Counted from the first letter of the stretch, positions 51,694 through 60,951 are shown. The stretch: DNA of 64,000 nt from Lysobacterales bacterium (GCA_036351055.1 JAZBOH010000208.1:2935-66934), one strand, 5' to 3'. Translations and numbers: made by a program. The notes: generated from the letters alone by a model not told the origin.

Positions 51694-51730
51694 CCCGTAC
51701 GGCCGGGTTTCCGGCCGTACGGGTCCTTTT
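51694..51730 (+). terminator. Rho-independent terminator after pgk
   Basis: Perfect 13-bp stem CCCGTACGGCCGG / CCGGCCGTACGGG, GTTT loop, then TCCTTTT. Confidence 0.85.
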
Positions 51731-51797
51731 GCTCTAAACAGATGACCGGCGGCACATCCGCTGGTACGATGTGTCTGTCTTTCTTCGGGAGCGATCG

Positions 51798-52397
51798 ATG
51801 AGCTTCAAAGTCAAAACTCCATCCGCTGGCCTTCTGGCCTCGATACTGGTTTCGGCTATCTTGTTGTCGGCCTGTGCGCCAAGCGTCAAGGTCCGCAGTG
51901 ATGCGGCTCCGGACGTGAACCTGTCGCAGTTCCAGACATACAATTTCTTCAGCCAATTGGGCGTGGAAGATGACGGCTATTCGAGCCTGCTTGGGCAGCA
52001 TTTCCGTGATGCGGTTTTTTCCGAGATGGATGTCCGGGGTTACAAGATTTCAGAAACACCCCAGTTGCAGGTCAATGTTTCCATTGGCGCGCAAGACAAG
52101 GTAAAAGTGAACACCTACCAGGATCCATACCTGTACGGCGGTGCATATGGGTACAGGGGTTACGGTTATTACGGCAGCCCCTGGCATGGGGGAGGCACGC
52201 GGACCACGGTGCACCAGTATACCGAGGCCAATGTGTACATCGATTTTGTTGACGCCAAGGAACACAAGCTGGTGTGGCAGGGTGTAGCGACTTTTACCCT
52301 GACCGACAAGATGCAGGAACAGATCAGGGAGACCGTGCAACTTACCGTATCGAAGGTGTTCGAGCAGTTTCCCGTGCCCGCGCCCGGCCAGCAATAA
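51798..52397 (+). CDS. DUF4136 domain lipoprotein
   Basis: ATG at 51798 is preceded by GGGAG. Lipobox LLSAC. Pattern is VKVRSDAAPDVNLSQFQTYNF ... VYIDFVDAKEHKLVWQG. Confidence 0.75.
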   Translation: MSFKVKTPSAGLLASILVSAILLSACAPSVKVRSDAAPDVNLSQFQTYNFFSQLGVEDDGYSSLLGQHFRDAVFSEMDVRGYKISETPQLQVNVSIGAQDKVKVNTYQDPYLYGGAYGYRGYGYYGSPWHGGGTRTTVHQYTEANVYIDFVDAKEHKLVWQGVATFTLTDKMQEQIRETVQLTVSKVFEQFPVPAPGQQ

Positions 52398-52409
52398 CGG
52401 AATAGACCA

Positions 52410-53006
52410 TTGACCAAATACCCTTTCAAGCGGGCCGCCAGGCCCGCTTTAGTTTTATTGTCCGTTCTCCTGCTGTTGTCGGCCTGCTCTTCGGGTATCG
52501 AGGTCAGGAGTGATGTCGATCCCAGGGCGGATTTCAGCCGTTACCAGACATTTGATTTTTTTGACACGCTGGGGATCGAAGGCGGCTACAACTCGCCCGT
52601 TTTCGGTGAGCATTACCGGGAGGCTATCGCCAACGAGATGACCCGCAGGGGGTACCGTCAATCGGCTAATCCGGACCTGTACGTCAACGTGACATTCCGC
52701 GCTGATGACAAGGTCAAGATGACGTCTTACACCCGGCCCTATATGAGCGGCGCCTACTACGGGCGGCCGGGTGGGGCATCCTACGGCTCAGCATTGGGTG
52801 TCGGCGTCGGTGTCAGTCAGAGGGCGACCAAGGTGACCGAGGCCTCGGTGTTCATCGACCTGGTGGATAACGGCACGGACCGCCTGGTCTGGCAGGGTGT
52901 TACCGTTGTCGAGGCCAACGACAAGGTGGCCCAGCAGCTCCGTGACGCCATCTACACCTCCGTCAACATGGTGTTTGAGCGCTACCCTTATTCAGACGGC
53001 CAGTAG
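52410..53006 (+). CDS. DUF4136 domain lipoprotein (tandem paralog)
   Basis: TTG start and lipobox LLSAC. Same pattern (IEVRSDVDPRADFSRYQTFDF ... VFIDLVDNGTDRLVWQG). Confidence 0.7.
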   Translation: MTKYPFKRAARPALVLLSVLLLLSACSSGIEVRSDVDPRADFSRYQTFDFFDTLGIEGGYNSPVFGEHYREAIANEMTRRGYRQSANPDLYVNVTFRADDKVKMTSYTRPYMSGAYYGRPGGASYGSALGVGVGVSQRATKVTEASVFIDLVDNGTDRLVWQGVTVVEANDKVAQQLRDAIYTSVNMVFERYPYSDGQ

Positions 53007-53132
53007 GCCGCCTGGCCCCGTATCCGTTTCAACCGGATATCCCCTGCCTGGTTCAGGGCCCATGGGTCGCTACACCTTTCTTTGGTAAAAAGATACCCTT
53101 TCTGTCATCAATTGCCTTTATAATCGCACGCC

Positions 53133-54620
53133 ATGAATGTAGACATCAGCAAGAATGTAAGCCACAGGCGGCGGACCAAGATCATTGCGACCATGGGCCC
53201 CGGAACCGACGACCGCGAAGTTCTGGAGGGCCTGATCCGCGCCGGAGTCGATGTATTCCGGCTGAACATGTCACATGGCGATCCGGAGCAGCATGTGCGC
53301 CGCGCCCGCATGGTGCGGGAGGTTTCCAAGCAGCTTAGCTGGCAGGTGGCGATCCTTGTCGACCTGCAGGGGCCAAAAATCCGCGTCGAGTCATTCCGGG
53401 AAGGAAGTGTGGAGCTGGAAAGCGGTGATCACTTTACCCTTGACGCGGACAGACCCGAACTACCCGGCGACCGACACCGTGTCGGCGTCAGCTACTCCGG
53501 CTTGCCAAACGACGTTTCACCCGGTGATACGCTATTGCTGGACGATGGCCTGATATCAATGCAGGTCCAGTCGATCCGTGGCGGGCAGGTCCAGTGCCTG
53601 GTCGAAAACGGCGGCAAGCTTTCCGACCGAAAAGGCTTGAACCTGCATGGCGGCGGGCTCTCCATCGCCGGCCTGGCTGAACATGATTTTCCCAATATCG
53701 AACTGGCTGCGGAAATGGGCGCTGACTACGTTGCCGTTTCATTTGTCAGCAACGCGGAAGACATCGAACATGCCCGCAGGCTGCTGCGCAAAGCAGGCAG
53801 TGAAGCCGCCTTGATAGCCAAGGTCGAGCGCATGGAGGCGATCGAGAACCTGGAGGAGATCTGTGAGGCTGCCGATGCGATCATGGTGGCCAGGGGTGAC
53901 CTGGGGGTCGAAATCGGTGACGAGGAGTTGCCCGGTTTACAAAAGCACATCATTCGAACGGCCATCAGGCACAACCGGATCACGGCCACCGCAACACAGA
54001 TGATGCAGTCCATGATCGAAAACCCCATTCCGACCCGGGCCGAGGTGCTCGACGTGGCGAACGCGGTACTCGATGGCACCGATGCCGTCATGTTGTCGGC
54101 CGAAACGGCCGTCGGAAAACACCCGGTCAAAGTGATCGAGGCGATGAATCGCATTTGCCTGGGCGCCGAGCGGCATTTCGAGTCGGAAGGCGGCGGGGAC
54201 TGCAGCCATCTGAATATCCGTTTCGAACGGATCGACCAAGCCATCGCGATGGCTGCCATGTTCCTTGCGACCAATGTCTCTGTTCAGGCCATCGTCGCGC
54301 TGACAGAATCGGGTTCAACCGCCCAGTGGTTGTCCCGTATCCAGTCTGCTGTGCCGATTTTTGCATTTTCCACCAATGAAAGAAGTCGCAGGCGGATGGC
54401 CATGTTTCGCGATGTCTTTCCCGTCAAGCAGGTGATGGACAGTGATGACGCCGACAAGGTCGTGTCAGAGGCCCTGAAAACCCTGATGGCGCATGGCGCC
54501 GTAAAAGAAAACGACCGCGTTCTGGTCACCATGGGTGACCAGATGTGCCGGTCGGGTGGAACCAATACACTTCGTTTCGTAAAGCTGGATGCGGCGGAAA
54601 GAGCCCGCTACGGCATTTGA
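53133..54620 (+). CDS. pyk: Pyruvate kinase
   Basis: 495 aa with RRTKIIATMGPGT, FRLNMSHG, VDLQGPKIR and MVARGDLGVE motifs. Confidence 0.95.
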   Translation: MNVDISKNVSHRRRTKIIATMGPGTDDREVLEGLIRAGVDVFRLNMSHGDPEQHVRRARMVREVSKQLSWQVAILVDLQGPKIRVESFREGSVELESGDHFTLDADRPELPGDRHRVGVSYSGLPNDVSPGDTLLLDDGLISMQVQSIRGGQVQCLVENGGKLSDRKGLNLHGGGLSIAGLAEHDFPNIELAAEMGADYVAVSFVSNAEDIEHARRLLRKAGSEAALIAKVERMEAIENLEEICEAADAIMVARGDLGVEIGDEELPGLQKHIIRTAIRHNRITATATQMMQSMIENPIPTRAEVLDVANAVLDGTDAVMLSAETAVGKHPVKVIEAMNRICLGAERHFESEGGGDCSHLNIRFERIDQAIAMAAMFLATNVSVQAIVALTESGSTAQWLSRIQSAVPIFAFSTNERSRRRMAMFRDVFPVKQVMDSDDADKVVSEALKTLMAHGAVKENDRVLVTMGDQMCRSGGTNTLRFVKLDAAERARYGI

Positions 54621-54629
54621 GGAAACCAG

Positions 54630-57302
54630 ATGAACCAGGATATCGACAAAACTAAAAACGATTCCGACCAGGAAGAAACAAGAGAGTGGCTTGAATCGCT
54701 GCAGGCGGTTATCGAGCGCGAGGGCCCGGAGCGGGCGCATTACCTCATTGAGCATCTCGTGGAATATACCCGCCGCTCTGGCGGTTACCTGCCATACAAG
54801 GCGACCACGGCCTATATCAACACCATTCCAGCGCAGCTTGGCAAGAAACACCCGGGTAATAACGAACTGGAACGCCGCATCAAATCGCTGATCCGCTGGA
54901 ACGCCATGGCGACGGTCGTGCGTGCCGGCAAGCGGGGTGGAGAACTGGGCGGCCACATCGCCAGTTTTGCCTCGGCCGCCAGCCTTTACGACGTTGGTTT
55001 CAACCATTTTTTCCGGGGGCCGGACCACCCGGGCGGCGGCGACCTGGTTTACATCCAAGGTCACTCGTCCCCTGGCATTTATGCCCGCTCCTACCTCGAA
55101 GGGCGTATCAGCGAAGAGCAGCTGGACAGCTTCCGCGAGGAATCAGACGGCAACGGTCTGAGTTCTTACCCACACCCCTGGCTGATGCCCGATTACTGGC
55201 AACTGCCCACCGTTTCCATGGGGCTCGGCCCGATCATGGCGATCTACCAGGCGCGTTTCCTGAAATACCTGCATAACCGCGGCATCGCCGACACATCCGA
55301 CCGCAAGGTCTGGTGTTTCATGGGTGACGGCGAATCCGACGAGCCGGAATCCCTGGGTGCGATATCACTCGCGGGGCGGGAGAAGCTGGATAACCTGATT
55401 TTCGTGATCAACTGCAACTTGCAGCGACTGGACGGCCCGGTGCGCGGCAACGGCAAGATCATCCAGGAACTGGAAGGTGTATTCCGCGGCGCGGGCTGGC
55501 GCGTGATCAAGGTGATCTGGGGTTCGTACTGGGACAAACTGTTCGCCAAGGACAAGGATGGCCTGTTGCGTCAGCGCATGGAAGAAGCCGTTGACGGCGA
55601 CTACCAGAATTACAAGGCCAAGGGTGGCGCGTACACGCGTGAGCACTTCTTCGGCAAGTACCCCGAGTTGCGCGACATGGTTGCCACCATGAGCGACCAG
55701 GACATCTGGCGCTTGAACCGTGGCGGGCACGATCCGCATAAGATCTATGCGGCCTATGCTTCCGCCGTGGCTTCACCGGAACAGCCGACCGTGATCCTGG
55801 CCAAGACCGTCAAAGGCTATGGCATGGGCCTGGCAGGAGAGGCCCAGAACATAACGCACCAGCAAAAGAAGATGGATATCGATTCGATCCGCCAGTTCCG
55901 TGACCGTTTCGGCGTACCGGTGCCGGACGAAGAGCTGGAAAATGTTCCGTACTACCACCCGGGTGAAGACAGCGAGGAAGTTCGCTACCTTCTTGAGCGC
56001 CGCAAAGAGCTGGGTGGCTTCATCCCCCAGCGCAGGCGGCAGGACGGTTCCATCGAAGCGCCGGAGCTTGGCGTGTTCGACACGCTTCTCAAATCTTCGG
56101 CTGACCGGGAGTTCAGCACGACGATGGCCTTCGTACGTTCGCTTTCGCTGTTGCTGCGCGACAAGCGCATCGCGGACCGTATCGTGCCGATCGTGGCCGA
56201 CGAGGCGCGGACTTTCGGCATGGAGGGCATGTTTCGGCAGCTGGGCATCTACTCGTCCGTGGGGCAGCTTTACACGCCGGTCGATTCCGACCAGCTCATG
56301 TTTTACAAGGAAGACCAGAAAGGCCAGATCCTGCAGGAGGGCATCACCGAGGCCGGCGCCATGTCATCCTGGATTGCCGCAGCGACCAGTTACTCTGCTT
56401 CCGGCGAGACCATGATTCCGTTTTACATTTTCTATTCGATGTTTGGTTTCCAGCGTATCGGGGATCTCGCCTGGGCGGCAGGCGACATGCGTGCGCGAGG
56501 TTTCCTGATCGGTGGCACGGCTGGGCGTACCACGTTGAATGGTGAAGGCCTTCAACACGAAGACGGCAATAGCCACATGATCTCGTCCATGATCCCCAAC
56601 TGCATTTCCTACGATCCGACATTTGCCTACGAACTGGCCGTGATCGTGCAGGACGGCATGCGCCGCATGTTCCAGGAAGGTCAGGATGTTTTCTATTACA
56701 TCACCGTGGAGAACGAGAACTACACGCACCCGGAAATGCCCGCGGGCGCCGAAGAAGGTATCCGCAAGGGCATGTACCTGTTGCGCCAGGGCGGGGACAG
56801 CACGAAGAAAGTACAGTTGCTCGGCAGCGGTGCGATTCTGCGCGAGACGATAGCTGCTGCGAACATTCTCGAGCAGGACTTCGGTGTCACGGCGGACGTC
56901 TGGAGCGCCACCAGTTTCAGCCAGTTGCGCCGGGACGGTGTTGACAGCGCCCGATGGAGTCGACTGAACCCGGAGCAAGAACCGAGAGTTCCATGGGTCA
57001 CGGAGTGCCTGCGCGACCGCCCGGGCCCGGTGGTCGCCGCGTCTGACTATGTGCGGGCGTTTGCAGACCAGATCCGTGGCTTCCTGCCGCAGGAGGATTA
57101 CATCGTCCTGGGCACCGACGGCTTTGGTCGGTCAGATACCCGGGAGAAATTGCGGCGGTTCTTTGAAGTGGACCGTCACAACATAGCCTATGCCGCGTTG
57201 TATGCACTTTACAGGCGTGAATTGCTCAGCGTGGGCGAACTGATTTCGGCCCGCGAATCGCTGGGAATCGATCCTGCAAAAGCGAACCCGGTTGATGTAT
57301 AA
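54630..57302 (+). CDS. aceE: Pyruvate dehydrogenase E1 component (homodimeric type)
   Basis: 890 aa. E1o-type N-terminus (D.DP.ET.EWLESL..V) and TPP motif GDGESDEPES. Confidence 0.97.
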   Translation: MNQDIDKTKNDSDQEETREWLESLQAVIEREGPERAHYLIEHLVEYTRRSGGYLPYKATTAYINTIPAQLGKKHPGNNELERRIKSLIRWNAMATVVRAGKRGGELGGHIASFASAASLYDVGFNHFFRGPDHPGGGDLVYIQGHSSPGIYARSYLEGRISEEQLDSFREESDGNGLSSYPHPWLMPDYWQLPTVSMGLGPIMAIYQARFLKYLHNRGIADTSDRKVWCFMGDGESDEPESLGAISLAGREKLDNLIFVINCNLQRLDGPVRGNGKIIQELEGVFRGAGWRVIKVIWGSYWDKLFAKDKDGLLRQRMEEAVDGDYQNYKAKGGAYTREHFFGKYPELRDMVATMSDQDIWRLNRGGHDPHKIYAAYASAVASPEQPTVILAKTVKGYGMGLAGEAQNITHQQKKMDIDSIRQFRDRFGVPVPDEELENVPYYHPGEDSEEVRYLLERRKELGGFIPQRRRQDGSIEAPELGVFDTLLKSSADREFSTTMAFVRSLSLLLRDKRIADRIVPIVADEARTFGMEGMFRQLGIYSSVGQLYTPVDSDQLMFYKEDQKGQILQEGITEAGAMSSWIAAATSYSASGETMIPFYIFYSMFGFQRIGDLAWAAGDMRARGFLIGGTAGRTTLNGEGLQHEDGNSHMISSMIPNCISYDPTFAYELAVIVQDGMRRMFQEGQDVFYYITVENENYTHPEMPAGAEEGIRKGMYLLRQGGDSTKKVQLLGSGAILRETIAAANILEQDFGVTADVWSATSFSQLRRDGVDSARWSRLNPEQEPRVPWVTECLRDRPGPVVAASDYVRAFADQIRGFLPQEDYIVLGTDGFGRSDTREKLRRFFEVDRHNIAYAALYALYRRELLSVGELISARESLGIDPAKANPVDV

Positions 57303-57335
57303 GGCCGCGAAACAAGAGAAACAGCGGAGCGGAAT

Positions 57336-58682
57336 GTGAGCAATACGATAGAAATCAAGGTGCCCGATATCGGCGATTTCGGCGATATCCCCGTCATCGA
57401 GCTGCTGGTTGCCGAAGGGGACAGCGTTGCTGTCGATGACGGCCTGGTGACGCTGGAAAGTGATAAAGCGACGATGGAAGTCCCGTCGTCTGCCGCTGGC
57501 GTGATTCGGGAACTGCGGGTCAAGCTGGATGACACGGTCTCCGAGGGCGACGTGATCGCCGTGCTGGAAGTATCCGGTGATTCGGCGGCGGGTGACGAGG
57601 CGGCCACGCCGGCCGTCGAAGAAAGCCCGCGAGTAGAGGTGCAGGAAGCGGTAAGTGAAAAACCGGAACAGGTGTCCCGGCCAGAACCGCCCGCTGCAGA
57701 GGCGGCGGCGCCAGGCAAGTCGCAGAAACGCGAAACGGGTGCAGCAGCCGCAGACCCGTCCAAGACCCCTTATGCCAGCCCTGCGGTACGCAAGTTTTCG
57801 CGTGAACTGGGCGTCGACCTCTCCGGTGTACAGGGCACGGGCAGTAAAGGACGCATCACGCGCGACGATGTGGCGGGCCATGTCAAGCAGGCCATGAGCA
57901 GCGGAGGCCCCAGGGCTGCTGGCGGCGGTATTGGCGGCTTGACACTGGATTTCCCGGAACTGCCGAAAGTGGATTTCACCCGTTATGGCGAGATCGAGCG
58001 GCTGCCCATGACACGAATCCAGAAAATCTCCGCGGCGCACCTGCACCGCAACTGGCTTGGTATTCCGCATGTCACGCAGAGCGATGAAGCGGACATTACC
58101 GACATGGAGGCGTTTCGGCTGGCCAATGCCGATGACGCCAAGGCAAAGGGATTCAAGCTGACGCCGCTGGTTTTCCTGATCAAGGCCATGGTGGCTTCAC
58201 TGAAGGCTTTTCCGCGCTTCAACGCCTCGCTTGAAGCGGATGGTGAGAACCTCGTCCTGAAAAAATACTTCAATATCGGGGTAGCCGTGGATACGCCCGA
58301 CGGGCTGATCGTGCCGGTTATCCGGGACTGCGACCGCAAGGGCATCATGGAACTGGCGGCCGAACTGGCCGTGACCAGCGCCAAGGCACGCGAAGGAAAA
58401 CTGAAGCCCCAGGATATCCAGGGTGGCTGTATTTCAATTTCCAGCCTGGGGGGTATTGGCGGCACCGGTTTCACACCCATTATCAACGCGCCCGAGGTGG
58501 CCATCCTGGGTGTCTCGCGGTCCCTGATGAAACCGGTGTGGAACGGCAGTGAGTTCCAGCCGAGATTGATGTTGCCCTTGTCCCTGTCGTACGACCACCG
58601 GGTGATCGATGGAGCCGCTGCGGCGCGTTTCACGCGTTTCCTGGCCAGTCGACTGGAAGACCTGAGGCGCTTGACGCTTTAG
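57336..58682 (+). CDS. aceF: Dihydrolipoyllysine-residue acetyltransferase, PDH E2 (single lipoyl domain)
   Basis: GTG start. Lipoyl motif LESDKATMEVPS, Ala/Pro/Glu linkers, a subunit-binding domain (ASPAVRKFSRELGVDL) and catalytic DHRVIDGA. Confidence 0.95.
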   Translation: MSNTIEIKVPDIGDFGDIPVIELLVAEGDSVAVDDGLVTLESDKATMEVPSSAAGVIRELRVKLDDTVSEGDVIAVLEVSGDSAAGDEAATPAVEESPRVEVQEAVSEKPEQVSRPEPPAAEAAAPGKSQKRETGAAAADPSKTPYASPAVRKFSRELGVDLSGVQGTGSKGRITRDDVAGHVKQAMSSGGPRAAGGGIGGLTLDFPELPKVDFTRYGEIERLPMTRIQKISAAHLHRNWLGIPHVTQSDEADITDMEAFRLANADDAKAKGFKLTPLVFLIKAMVASLKAFPRFNASLEADGENLVLKKYFNIGVAVDTPDGLIVPVIRDCDRKGIMELAAELAVTSAKAREGKLKPQDIQGGCISISSLGGIGGTGFTPIINAPEVAILGVSRSLMKPVWNGSEFQPRLMLPLSLSYDHRVIDGAAAARFTRFLASRLEDLRRLTL

Positions 58683-58695
58683 GCTGGACGGGTCA

Positions 58696-59223
58696 ATGAA
58701 TGAACAACCCGGGCCGGCACAGCCTCGTCCACGAGCCGTTCGCTATTTCGCCTGGATCGCCGTGATCGGCCTGATGTTCGGACTGACCGCGTTTTACCAG
58801 GCCCTGATTCCGGAGCGTGGAGGGCTGGTGCAAAGTACCGGGCAGGGCGGCCAGGCGAAGATCGTGCTCAAGCAGGATCGCAGCGGTCACTACCGGGTCA
58901 GGGGTGAGATCAACGGCCAGGCGGTAAATTTCCTGGTCGACACCGGTGCGACGGACGTTGCGGTTTCTGATCAGGCGGCGCGGGCGCTGGGCCTGGATTT
59001 TGGTCCGCGGGTGGTCGTGATGACCGCGGCTGGTCCGGTAGAGGCCTGGAAGACGCGCCTGGCAACCGTGAGCGCCGGCAGCCTGGAACGCGAGAACGTG
59101 CGCGCGACCATCACGCCGGGGTTGGGCGGTGAAGCCCTGCTCGGCATGAGTTTCTTGCGCCATTACAGCATTCGCCAACAGGGCGACGAACTGGTGATCG
59201 AGAGCGCCGGTCGGAATGACTGA
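58696..59223 (+). CDS. Membrane-anchored retropepsin-like (clan AA) aspartic protease, TIGR02281-like
   Basis: 175 aa with one N-terminal TM helix and the HYRVRGEINGQAVNFLVDTGATDVAVS active-site motif (DTGA). Confidence 0.8.
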   Translation: MNEQPGPAQPRPRAVRYFAWIAVIGLMFGLTAFYQALIPERGGLVQSTGQGGQAKIVLKQDRSGHYRVRGEINGQAVNFLVDTGATDVAVSDQAARALGLDFGPRVVVMTAAGPVEAWKTRLATVSAGSLERENVRATITPGLGGEALLGMSFLRHYSIRQQGDELVIESAGRND

Positions 59224-59236
59224 GGAATCGTAAAGA

Positions 59237-60658
59237 GTGAACGAAAAATCTGCCTTCGAATTTGACGTACTGGTCATTGGCGCCGGTCCGGGTGGTTACA
59301 CCGCTGCTTTCCGTGCGGCGGACCTCGGCCTGAACGTCGCCCTGGTCGAGCGCTTTGATGCGCTTGGCGGAGTCTGCCTTAACGTGGGCTGTATTCCGTC
59401 CAAAGCACTGCTGCACACGGCCGCCGTGATCGAGGAAGCCGCGGCCATGGAAAAGCACGGTGTCAGCTTCGGCGCGCCGGTCATCGACATCGACAAGCTG
59501 CGTGCTTTCAAAGATGGCGTGGTCAAAAAACTCACCGGCGGACTGGCCGGCATGGCCAGGCAGCGCAAGGTGGAAGTGATCCAGGGCCTGGCAGAATTTA
59601 CTGGTAGTCATGAAGTAGAGATCAACACCGGCGACGCGGCGCGTCGGCTTACCTTCAACAACGCCATTGTCGCAGTGGGTTCCCGTTCACTGGAACTGCC
59701 CAATATGCCCTGGGGAGATCCGCGGCTGATGGATTCAACGGCGGCGCTGACCCTCGAGGAAATTCCCGGGCGCTTGCTGGTGGTTGGCGGCGGCATCATC
59801 GGGCTGGAGATGGCCTGTGTATACGATGCGCTGGGCAGCGAGGTCACGGTGGTTGAACTGACGGCAGGATTGATGCCGGGCTGCGACGCCGACCTGGTCC
59901 GCCCCCTGGAACGTCGTATCAAAAAGCGTTACAAGGCGATCCACCTTGAGACCAGGGTGACCGGGGTCGACGTCGCTGACGATGCACTGGTCGCCCATTT
60001 CGAGGGGAAGCATGAGGGATCAGAGAAATTCGACCGGGTCCTGGTAGCCGTGGGCCGCTCGCCGAATGGCAAACGGGTCAATGCCGAAGCCGCCGGCGTC
60101 GAGGTTGATGAACGGGGTTTCATCGAGGTCGATAAGCAGATGCGGACCAATGTGCCGCATATTTTCGCCATCGGTGACGTGGTTGGCCAGCCGATGCTGG
60201 CGCACAAGGCAACCCACGAGGGTAAAGTGGCTGCCGAAGTCTGTGCAGGCGAAAACAGCGCTTTCGATGCACGCGTGATCCCCTCGGTAGCCTATACGGA
60301 CCCGGAAATCGCCTGGGTTGGCATGACCGAGGCAGAAGCGAAGGAAAACAGCATGGACTACGGGGTGGGCAAATTCCCCTGGGCAGCCAGTGGTCGCGCC
60401 CTGGGCAATGACCGGACCGAAGGTTTCACCAAACTGCTCTTTGACAACAAGACGTCACGCATTATCGGCGCCGGAATCGCCGGGCCCCATGCAGGTGACC
60501 TGATCGCCGAATGCGCCCTGGCCATCGAAATAGGTGCCGAAGCCGGGGACATCGGCCTGACCGTGCACCCGCACCCGACGCTTTCCGAAACCGTGGCCCT
60601 GGCTGCCGAGGTCTTCGAAGGCACCGTCACCGACCTTTACATCCCGAAAAAGAAATGA
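59237..60658 (+). CDS. lpdA: Dihydrolipoyl dehydrogenase (E3)
   Basis: 473 aa with GTG start, FAD motif VIGAGPGGY, redox-active GGVCLNVGCIPSK and C-terminal HPHPTLSE. Confidence 0.96.
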   Translation: MNEKSAFEFDVLVIGAGPGGYTAAFRAADLGLNVALVERFDALGGVCLNVGCIPSKALLHTAAVIEEAAAMEKHGVSFGAPVIDIDKLRAFKDGVVKKLTGGLAGMARQRKVEVIQGLAEFTGSHEVEINTGDAARRLTFNNAIVAVGSRSLELPNMPWGDPRLMDSTAALTLEEIPGRLLVVGGGIIGLEMACVYDALGSEVTVVELTAGLMPGCDADLVRPLERRIKKRYKAIHLETRVTGVDVADDALVAHFEGKHEGSEKFDRVLVAVGRSPNGKRVNAEAAGVEVDERGFIEVDKQMRTNVPHIFAIGDVVGQPMLAHKATHEGKVAAEVCAGENSAFDARVIPSVAYTDPEIAWVGMTEAEAKENSMDYGVGKFPWAASGRALGNDRTEGFTKLLFDNKTSRIIGAGIAGPHAGDLIAECALAIEIGAEAGDIGLTVHPHPTLSETVALAAEVFEGTVTDLYIPKKK

Positions 60659-60663
60659 ACAAA

Positions 60664-60753
60664 GAACCCGGGATGTCTGGGGTCAGAGCAAAAAACACTT
60701 TTTTAGAAATCGTGGGCAAGGCATGAACCGGGTTTTTACTCTGACCCCGGTTC
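60664..60753. repeat. REP-like palindromic element of the GGGGTCAGAG family
   Basis: GGGGTCAGAG (60679-60688) pairs with CTCTGACCCC (60739-60748). GAACCGG (60725-60731) pairs with CCGGTTC (60747-60753). The same 10-mer recurs at 19173-19182. Confidence 0.5.
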
Positions 60754-60803
60754 TTCGAGATTAACGGTTGCATTAACCTTGGAAATTACTTAAATTCAAG
60801 CGC

Positions 60804-60884
60804 ATGATCAAATTACGGGCAAACAACGGTTTTCGCCACCTGCGCCGACGCCGGACGAATACTCCGGGCTGGGTTGCCATGTAG
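60804..60884 (+). CDS. Candidate arginine-rich leader peptide of the arg operon (MIKLRANNGFRHLRRRRTNTPGWVAM)
   Basis: 26 codons with 6 Arg, including four consecutive Arg codons CGC CGA CGC CGG (60843-60854). The 3' end overlaps the antiterminator segment. It lies 68 nt upstream of the argF' ATG. No clear SD, so it is possibly leaderless. Confidence 0.45.
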   Translation: MIKLRANNGFRHLRRRRTNTPGWVAM

Positions 60885-60909
60885 GTCATAAAAGTAGATT
60901 CACTAGAAA

Positions 60910-60934
60910 AACCCGGCCGAAGGCTGGGTTTTTT
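60910..60934 (+). terminator. Intrinsic terminator (candidate attenuator) immediately upstream of argF'
   Basis: AACCCGGCC-GAA-GGCTGGGTT (9 bp, one G-U) followed by a T run. It ends 17 nt before the argF' ATG. The 3' arm is duplicated at 60867-60875. Confidence 0.6.
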
Positions 60935-60951
60935 GCTTTGGAGAACAGTAA

